Below, one piece after another: positions 14,562 to 24,001 of a DNA stretch of 64,000 bases; position 1 is the first letter of the stretch; each line of letters starts with the position of its first letter. Made by a program: the position numbers and the translations under genes. The notes below the pieces were generated by a model. That model ran no database searches. It was not told the origin of the DNA and saw only the letters and a program-made list of their open reading frames with translations. The DNA comes from Mobula hypostoma (taxonomy: Eukaryota). The stretch covers positions 6,882,001 to 6,946,000 of the forward strand of contig NC_086108.1 of the NCBI RefSeq assembly GCF_963921235.1, in the 5' to 3' direction.

Positions 14562-14797
14562 CCTGACACAAAATTCTGCAGGAACCTAGCAGGTCAGGCA
14601 GTATCTTTGGAGAGGAATAAACAGTTGACGTTTCAGGCTGAGATCCTTCATCAGGATTGATTTACTGATGACGACATCTCAGTCTGTAACATCGACAGTT
14701 CATTCTTCTCCATAGATGCTGCCTGGCTTGCTGAGATCCTCCAGAATTTTGTGTGCATTGCTTTGGATTTCCAGTATCTGCAGAATCTCTTGTGTTT
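14562..14797. mobile_element. Inverted (head-to-head) pair of Penelope pseudo-LTR fragments
   Basis: Minus copy ~14565-14657 and plus copy ~14665-14797 are mutually complementary; each has a hammerhead-derived core. Confidence 0.8.
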
Positions 14798-14871
14798 AAA
14801 ACCATAAAATGGTCAGTATACTCTTATTGACAAGGAGGATGTTAATTTTTTCCCCTTTACTGTCAACTTGA

Positions 14872-15327
14872 TGTTGGATCTCTGCTTAATTTCTGATCCT
14901 TGGGTTCTTCGGGAGTCAAAAACGGTGAACAGTCTTAATTCCAAGATTACAATTTATTTTAGACTACAAACATACAAACAAATACAAAGCAAACTAAATA
15001 AAGAGCTGAGAAATTATACTAAGAGGGAAATTAATGCTAAAGGGTGTAAGACAAAGGAAAGAAGATGGTGCTTCTGAAAAAATTTATCACTTTCATAGAT
15101 GAGAGAAGGGAAATTCCTTGGATAGGAATGAATTAGCTAACAGGTTACATAATTAAAACAATCACATCATGTGGGTGATGTGCTAATACTTAGCCAGGGA
15201 AAAATGAGAAAGGAGAGAAGCTGTCAGTTTAGCTGCTTTATGGCTTTCTGCCAGTAAGTGTGAGAAATACACGAATTTGTTAAAAAATACAAATCTTATA
15301 TTTAAAAAAAAGTAGTGGTTTCCAGCA
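14872..15327 (-). mobile_element. Solo LTR, same family as 49366-49813
   Basis: TGTTGGA...TCCAGCA termini; collinear with the 49.4-kb copy; no clean TSD. Confidence 0.65.
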
Positions 15328-15352
15328 TTACCAGGAGAAGAAATTAAGAAAA

Positions 15353-15820
15353 ACGCACACAAAGTGCTGGAGGAACTGAGCAAGTCAGGCGGCATCTATG
15401 GAATAGAGTATTTCAGTCTGAGACCCTTCATCAGGACTTGAAAGTATGGGGAGAAGTCAGAGTAAGAAGTTGGGGTGGGGTGAAAGAAGTACAGGGTAGC
15501 AGGTGATGGGTGAAACAGGGGGAGGGGGTGAATCTGATAGGAGAGGGTAGAAGACCATGGAAGAAAGGGAAGGTGGAGGAGCATGAGAGGAAGGCGATGG
15601 CAGGTAAGGTGACAGAAGGAAAAATGGGAATGGGGAATAGTGAAGGTGGTGGGCAATTACTGGAAGTTCGAGAAATCGATGTTCATGCCATCATGTTGGA
15701 GGCTACCCAGACGGAATAGAAGCTGTTACTCCTCCGACCTGGCTGTGGCCTCATTGCAGCAGTAGAGAAAGCTGTGGACTGACACGTCAGAATGGCCAAC
15801 CTGCTGACTTCCTCCAGCAT
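15353..15820 (-). mobile_element. Penelope 3' fragment (end of GIY-YIG plus pseudo-LTR)
   Basis: Similar to 44700-45200; hammerhead remnant at ~15405-15438. Confidence 0.8.
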
Positions 15821-18800
15821 TAAAGGTGATAAACTGTTAGTTTAGCTGGCAGAAAGCAGAATAACTGAGTGTGAAAATTACATGAGTTTGTTAAAAAGTA
15901 CATATCTTATAAAAAGTGGTATTAAAAAGAAAACAGTGGTTTCCAACATTACCAGCGTCAGAAATTAAGAACAAGGCCTCTAACCAACTTCCTTTCAGTA
16001 TGTCAAATAGACATGAATTATGTGAATACGTTAACTGCAACTTTAAAGTAGATGTTTTTTTGTTTCCCTGCCCAGTAATTATTATTCCAAAAATCTTGCC
16101 AGAAAGTTCAGTGGTTATTGAGTTACTATGGACCCTGTCAGTTTTCCAAGCCCTTGTTTTTGCAAGATGTGGAATTAGTGACAAAACAGAGAAGAATGCA
16201 GAAAATATTGCTTTTGGGTTGTATATTTAGTATTGCATTGCTGCTGAGGTTACTGTTAAAGCTGGGGATAGTGACCACTACCACCAGGCATGCAGTGAGA
16301 CTGCAGCTGCATGTCAGCAGTGCCTTAAACTTGGAGCAGCTTTGTTTAAAGTACAGTACTGTAGTAATTTTATGTATTGCACTGTACTGCTGCCACAAAA
16401 AAATTATAACTTGTGTGAGTAATGATAAACCTAATTCTGATATGGGTCTTAGTTGTGGACTGAGAATGAGAAGGGGACAGGGAGAGGGAAATCATGGTTG
16501 GGAAAAGGGGAAGGGGGAGGGGAGGGCGCGGAAAGCACCAGAGAGATATTCTATAATGATCAATAAAGCAATTGTTTGGAATCAAGTGACCTTGCCTGGT
16601 GTCTCAGGGCTGGGTGTGTCTGTGCCCATGCCACCCCCTACCCCCCCCCCACCATGGTGTTCCACCCTCACCATTCCCAACATCCTTTGCTCCTGCCAGA
16701 TTTACAAATACACTCTGCTCCACGATGACAAATACAGTACTGTGCAAAGTCCTAGCCAGCCTAGCTGTATATATGTCCCTAAGAGTTTTGCACAGTACTG
16801 TAGTTTTGCTCGGATTTAATGTCCCAGTGACGTATTTAAATATTCAATTAATGTGATTTTAATGCATAGGTCATATGAGATTTAGAAAATTCCAAGCAGA
16901 GCTGTGGGCAGAGGATATCACATTATTTGCATTAAGTGGGTAACATAACAGCATGCCTTTGGTTTTAATCAACATCAAATTTTTGCAATGCCATATTCAA
17001 AGTTTCAAAGTACGTTTAATATCAGAGTATGTATATAATATACAACCTGAAATTTGTCCTCACAGACATCCACAAAACAAAGATACACCACAGAACGATT
17101 GAAACCTCGAAGCCCCCTCCCCTTCGCACAAGCAGCAACAAAAGCATTAATGCTGCCACTTCCACCCCCACCCCCACCTGCACCGGCAGAAGCACCAAGC
17201 CCTCCAGAGTCCATCAGACTACAGCAGTTCGGTATGTCAGACAGGCTGTTTCTCTAACAAGGGAGATGACGTTCCCTGCTGCAACAACGAGAGCAGAGAC
17301 CAACTCTCTGCTCCAGTACTGAACTCTTTTGCGTCACTTCTCCAAGCCTCCCGTCTTAAAGACTGACAGGCTCTCACTCTCTTCATGTCCCCTTATTGGA
17401 TTTAGAGAAGTAAATCTTGTTCCCTTTCTCCAGGTTTAAGAAACAATATATTTGTAAGCAAGTTTGGCAGGATTTTAAAACATTGTAGAGGTTAGTTTGG
17501 TTAACAAAGGAGGTGGGGAGTAATGTTATATTGCAAAGGAGGACATACAAAGTGACTAGGAGGTTTTTGCATCATGCATGAATGATGAAGCAGCTCACAA
17601 GGGTGAAAATTGATTTTAAAGAGCTTCGTGTGTGATATCAGAAATTTCTGTGGCTATATAAAAAAGCAGCTAAGGCAAACATCTGGAGAATGAGACTGCT
17701 TGCTTGATAAAGAAATGGCTGTTGTGTCATACCAATGATTTTTTTTTTGCATCACTCTGCCATGGAGGGCACCTGGATCAAGAACAGTTACTACCCTAGA
17801 ACCATGAAGCTCTCGAACAAAAGGGGCTCACTTTAGGTCTCTTTAACTCATTATCTGATGTTCCTGTTACTTACTGCTGTTTATTTATATTTGCATTTGC
17901 GCAGTTTGCTGTCTTCTGTACTCTGGTTGATCTTTCATTGATCTCGTTACAGTTACTGTTCTATAGATTTGCTGAGTATGCCCACAGGAAAATGAATCTC
18001 AAGGTAGTATATGGTGACATATATGTACTCTGATAATAAAATTTACACTGAACTTTTGAACTTTGAAATATCCCGAAGGTTACAGGCAGGCTCAATTCAA
18101 GAAATTTGTAAAAAAAAAGATGAAATTACGAACGTAAATAAATAAATCCCAATTGCAAAGGATGAGGTATCAGAGAAATCCATGGGGCTAAAGGCAGACA
18201 AATTGTTGGGACCCGATGGATTTTTTTTTTAAGGTGACGACAAAAATAGTGGGCCCATTGGTCGAAAACTTTTCGAAACTTTCCAAATTTTGGGAGAGCA
18301 TCAGAAGGTTAGGAAAATGGTCAGTGGTGGTTCCTCCCAGAAAGGGAGGAAGACAGGAAGGCAGGGCAATGAGTTTTACATCTGTTGGCAGGATGCTAGA
18401 GTCAGAACAAAAGGGAAATGACTAATCACTTGGGGAAGCTGTAAATTATTAAACATAGTCAAAGTAGTTTTATGGAAGGTAAAACATGTTTGATAAATTG
18501 GATTGAATTCTGTGAGGACGTGGCAATGAGAATTGATAAAGATATTTGAAAGGCATTTGAGAAGGTGGCATGTCGTGCTAGCCTCCTGAGAGCCCAAACC
18601 TACTGGAGGCAGTTCAAAGTAAATTTATTATCAAAGCACATATATGTCACCATGTACAATCCTGAGATTCGTCTTTTTTTTTTGTGGATATACTCAATAA
18701 ATCTACAATAGAATAATAACCATAATAGAATCAATGAAAGACTGCACTAACTTCGACATAATAATGAATAGATAAATAATATTGAGAACATGAGATGACG

Positions 18801-21250
18801 ACTCCTTGAAAGTGAGTCCATAGATTGTAGCTCAAGAGCCTGATGGTTGAAGGGTAGTAACTGTCCCTGAACCTGATGGCAGCAGTAAGAAGAGAGCATG
18901 ACCTGGGTGGTGGTGATCCCTAATGATGGTTGCTGCTTTCCTGCAACAGCGCTCTGTGTAGATATGCTCAATGGTGGGAATAGCAGAGGGCTTTACCCTT
19001 GAAGGACTGAGCCGTATCCACTACCTTTTGTAGGACTTTCCATTCAAGGGCAATGGTGTTTCCATACCAGGCTGTGATGCAGTCAGTCAATATATTCTCC
19101 GTTGCACCTCTATTGAAGTTTGTCAAAGTTTTAGATGTCATGCAGAAAGTTCATAAACTCCTAAGGAAGTGTCAGCATGGACAGAAAAATGTCTGTCACA
19201 CTAGGGAGGAATAGATGGGTTCTTTCAGGCTGGAGGGATGTAACTAGAGGAGTATCCTTGGCCTCAATTGATGACTATTTGCATTAATGACCTAGAGGAG
19301 AAAACAAAATATAAAGTTTCCAAGCTTGCTGACAGTGTGAAAGGAAGCAGAAGGGGTTATTGTGATGAGGGCACAGTGATTCTAGAACAGAATGGATGCT
19401 GGGTGATGTTCCAAAAAACTAACGACTGAAGTTTAATGCAGGAAAGTCTGTAGTTTCATGAGGAAAATCAAAAACCAGATGTCTTAAATGGAAAGTGACC
19501 TGAAGTAAGTGAAGTTCAGATGGATCTGAGTGTTCTAGTGTGTGAGTTACAAAAGGTTAACAGGATGTCATTGAAGCTACAGCTGAAATACTGAGTGTTT
19601 TGGTCCCTTTACTAGTGGCCAATCAAATGAACCAATGCCACTGCTGGTGAACTAGCACAAGTTGTTATCATTGTATGACACGCCTTCCAATCATACAATA
19701 ATAATGTCCCACAAAGTGGAAGAAAATGAACTGACCCTTTATTAGCAATTTGTGAAACAAACAATCTTGAAGCGATGTAACTAAGTGGTCAACAAAAGAC
19801 ATGACACCCGGCGGTCCCCAGAACCAAATTAAACTGCCCAGAACAAAGCATGCATATGTAACTTATTCCCTTTGCTTTTACAGTGCCCCCGCCCACCCGC
19901 CCGCCCCAAATCACATGACTGGTTACCATAATAAACACTCAACAGAATACACTGCAGATACAAAACACATGCATGGCATCTACAGTAGTATTGGAGTCCA
20001 AAGTAGATTCATCAGGCTAATTCCTGGAATGAGAGGATTGTCCTATCGAAAAAGAAGCTGGACCAGGGATTCTCGGCCATTTTTTTAATGCCGTGGGTCA
20101 ATGCCATTAAGCAAGGGTTTGGGGACCCCTGCTCTGGATAGTTTCAGTTTGAATTCTTCGAGTTTTGAAGAATGAGGGGTGACACAAGATCCTAATGGGG
20201 AGGGGGGTGGTTGTGGTACTGGGCAGGTAATACGTTGAGATGTTTTCACTAGTGGGAGAGCCCCAAATAAGGGGACATGGTTTACAATGGCAATATACTG
20301 TGTAACTACATGTAGAACAGTACAGGTTCTTTGGCCCACAATATTGCTCTAACCCTTTAACCTAGTCCAACATCAATCTAACCCTTCTGTCCCACATGTC
20401 CCAGCATTTTTCGATCATCCATATGCTTATTTAAGTTTCTTAAATATCCCCAATGTATCTACTCCTACCAACAGGCCTGGCAGGTCCATCACCTCGTCAA
20501 CTGAGGTGGACAAAATTTCTCCTCGGGAAGGTAATGAACCTTGGAAATTTGTTGCACCCCCTCCACCTCACTATCACCACAAAGGATCCAAGGATGGTGA
20601 AGAACAGATCATTAGATAGATTTTAAGGTGGAGGTGGATTGAAAGATCGAGGAATTGAGGGCTTTGGGGTAATGATAGTGAATGATTTGAGCGTCTGGTG
20701 GACTACTATACATTGTTCGAATCCTGTGAGCTGAATTTTAAAACTGAGCCACTCAGTTTAAAAGAATTCTGCCTCACCGATTCCCTTGAGGTCATACTTG
20801 CTCTCGTGGGCACAGCACAAATTATAGCCGTCACATTAGTAGTGTTAAAATCAATTATTCCTCAGGCTTTCTAACCTTAAAATTTTGGTCCAATTTAATT
20901 TTAGGTATTCATTTGTTCCATTTAATGTCGCTCATTCATAATTCTAGAAGTACAACTTTAGATTGTTTACTGATTTGCCAAATGTGGTTTTAATTTTATT
21001 TTGAAATAACAGATCAAAGACAAGATTGGTATTATCCTTATTAAATGGGTGTAAAATACTTTTGAGATTTTTAATGAGATAGTTAACTTCTGAAAAGGTG
21101 ACAGAAGTAACAACTTCAGTGAGAGCGATACGTTTACTGACTTGCTCATGATATAATTGTTTGGTACTGTTTTAAAGCTGAGGTTTGTTTGAAATTCATG
21201 ATTTCATTTGGAATTTGATTTTCATTTAAATGTTTTCCATTGTTTGTTGT

Positions 21251-21470
21251 CTAACAGTTTTATTTTCCTTCTCTCCATCTGCATGTTTTGTGCATGGTGC
21301 ATGCTGTGCCGAATCACCAACTGCACCAAAATGCCGCCCTCCTTTTTCCCCTTGTTTTCCCCCTCCATTCCTCCCTACCTCCGATTTACCCCCCCCCCAC
21401 CCACTGTGTGTGCACACGTCATGTCACCTGCATACCTGCATGCTCTGGTCTGCACCGTGATCTCGTATAG
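21251..21470 (+). promoter_or_regulatory. Distant branch point (CTAAC, A at 21254), AG-exclusion zone and RBFOX/CAC motif cluster for exon 19a
   Basis: No AG dinucleotide between 21258 and the acceptor at 21469-21470; TGCATG at 21280, 21291, 21298, 21437; long pyrimidine tracts. Confidence 0.7.
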
Positions 21471-21551
21471 GACCATAGCGGGAAACTGGGACCTGAAGAG
21501 TTTAAAGCCTGCCTTATCAGCTTGGGCTACGATGTTGGAAATGACCAGCAG
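21471..21551 (+). CDS. ACTN4: Mutually exclusive exon 19a (non-muscle, Ca-sensitive EF-hand 1), DHSGKLGPEEFKACLISLGYDVGNDQQ
   Basis: cgtatag|GAC acceptor, CAG|gtatag donor, 81 bp; matches the NM exon of ACTN1/ACTN4; not shown in this frame by the ORF track. Confidence 0.93.
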
Positions 21552-21586
21552 GTATAGATGATTTGAATGAATTACGAGTCCGTCAA

Positions 21587-21817
21587 TAGCTAACTATGTT
21601 TTTTTTTCCCTCCACTTCTCTCCTGGATTCTGTGTCCTGGCCTTTCCCCGAATTCCTTTTTAAATTACCCTCACCTGTTCTTTTACATTTGTGTTTTCTT
21701 TTCCTCCTCCTCTGGATTTGGTTCTGTACCTGTCTCGTCTAATATGTAAACCCTTGTTCATGGTACCATGCCCTCTGTGTGCATGTATTTTTCTCCTGCT
21801 CGCTCCTGTTGGAGTAG
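21587..21817 (+). promoter_or_regulatory. Distant branch point (tagCTAAC, A at 21593), long polypyrimidine tract and AG-exclusion zone for exon 19b
   Basis: No AG from 21590 to 21812; pyrimidine tract starts directly after the branch motif; TGCATG at 21780. Confidence 0.75.
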
Positions 21818-21883
21818 AAGCGAACCGGGCTGATGGACGCTGATGATTTCCGGGCTCTGCTTATCTCTACGGGCTACAGTCTG
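21818..21883 (+). CDS. ACTN4: Mutually exclusive exon 19b (smooth-muscle/neural type, Ca-insensitive), KRTGLMDADDFRALLISTGYSL
   Basis: gagtag|AAG acceptor, CTG|gtacgc donor, 66 bp; DDFRALLISTGYSL is the ACTN4-type 19b peptide as recalled (ACTN1 SM reads DDFRACLISMGYNM). Confidence 0.9.
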
Positions 21884-23842
21884 GTACGCTTCCTGTTCCT
21901 CCTTCACATCTCCAGCCGGCAATACCCGGCGTTTGACCTGTGTTCAGTAAATCTCTTGTAAAGGTAGTCCTACTCTCAGTCACACCGTAAAATTTCTGTG
22001 TGCCCAATCCATAGGTAGGTTTCAGATTGGGCAGTAATTTGTAACTTCAACTGGTCAGATGAGTTATTCCAAAGTATCTCACACTGGGTTAATCTTTCAA
22101 AGTATTCCCAGGTTTTGTTCTTGAGATCTACTGAAAACGAGGCAGTTGGTTTTAGTGTGCAGATATTTTCTTCCACTTCACTTAAACATGCAGTTTCTGC
22201 TCTGCAGATGAGTGATGGTATAAGAGGAAATTTGAGGTTGAATGAAGCAGAAAATACAGCAAAAATTTAATCCAAGACATCTTACTGTCAAACCTCTCTC
22301 AATTGCTGAATAATTTTGAAGTTACATTTTTTTTGCCCAAGTTCTTGGTCATCTTTGCCTGCATCAAATAAGCTGAATCCCTCTCTAATTTCTGGAAATG
22401 TAGTCATTTTGGTTCCAGACATTCATATCATGTTTTGGCACTGACCGTTACATGAATCTATTGGCTGGTTGCTTTGGTGACAATCTATAAAGATTTTTCA
22501 GAAGTAAGGTGAAGCTGGAATCATAGTGCGATTCCCAAATAGAATTACTCTCTAAAATTGTACTTGAAATGCGAGGTGAGAAAAGCTACCTGCTCAGTAT
22601 GGATTTCCTGATGACAAGAAACATAGAAACATAGAAAATAGGTGCAGGAGTAGGCCATTCAGCCCTTCAAGCCTGCACCGCCATTTATTATGATCATGGC
22701 TGATCATCCAACTCAGAACCCTGCACCAGCCTTCCCTCCATACCCCCTGATCCCCATAGCCACAAGGGCCAAGAAGGCAAAGAATACTCAAGATTGGATT
22801 GGGGAAGCTCAGTTTCAGTTTCTGTTTCACGCCCAGGTTCAAAAGTACATTTATTATCAAAGTATGTATAAATTATACGACCTTGAGATTCATTGCCTCT
22901 AGGCAGCCATAAAGCAAGAACCCCAGAAGAACCCAGTTTAGAAAAAGAGCAACACCCAATGCACGGGGGGGGGGGGGGGGAAACAAATCATGCAAGCAAC
23001 AGCATTCAGAACAAAAGTAAATCCATAGACAGCACTGATTTTTCATGGAATTCAACCTCTCTATTCTCAAACAAAGGGCAAATTATGTTGAGAAATTTGG
23101 ATAAAAAGTGGCAAAAAATTTGGGGGGTAGAAAATAGAATATTATTTTCATTTCAGTGTGGCAGTGACTAGTCAAGAGTTGCCTATTTTCCATAAAATCT
23201 TGGCATAGCTTCCATTCAAAGTCAACTGCAGTCTTGGATCCCTCAGTTGCAAGTTCCAAATGAGTGCCAGCTGTGTGTGCCCCTTGGTGCATTAAATTTG
23301 ACCTGCCTAGTTTCCCATGTCATGATGGCAAGGAAATAATTCTACAATTTACCTCTTGCCTTTTTTTTTGCCACACACTTGTTTTAGTACAAAGAAGATT
23401 CGCTAGGCTTGAGTCCTGGGATGAGAGGGTTGGCCTAGCAAAGAACTAAATAGTTTGCACCTGAACTCCGAGAGATTAATCTTATTCAAACATCAGATCC
23501 TAAGGGCTTTGACAGAGTGGATATTGGGATTTTTTTTACAAGTGGGAGAATCTCAGACAAGGGCACATGCTTGATAGGGGCTGGTCATTTAAAACTGAGA
23601 TATGTTGAAATCCCTTCTTTCAGATGGCGGTTAATGTCTTGAACTCTCCACCTGTGAGAGTGGTGGAAATTAGTGTTCAGTGGAGGTGGATAAAGATTTG
23701 AGGAATGGAGGGGCGTGAAGAAAAAGCAGAAGTGTTGAGGCAAGCCTATTTCAGTCGTGATCAGATTAAATGGGGTAGGATTGAAGGGCCTGGGGGCCTA
23801 CTTCCATTTTCTGTGTTTCACTTCACTGCTGTTTTCCCCCAG

Positions 23843-24001
23843 GGTGAAGCTGAGTTTGCGCGCATAATGGGCGTTGTTGCCCCCAACAACACCGAGGAAG
23901 TATCATTCCAAGCCTTCATTGACTTCATGTCACAGGAGACAACAGACACTGATACAGCTGAACAAGTCATGGCCTCCTTCAAGATTTTGGCAGGCGACAA
24001 G
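23843..24001 (+). CDS. ACTN4: Alpha-actinin-4 coding exon (exon 20 equivalent; EF-hand 2/3), [53 protein letters not shown]
   Basis: ttcccccag|GGT acceptor, AAG|gtaaac donor, 159 bp, in frame. Confidence 0.95.

Noticed and set aside
16118..16819. 233-aa ORF as a nested gene
   Set aside because: Runs through a LINE tail (aaacctaattctgat) and repeat-like sequence; no recognisable domain or splice structure.
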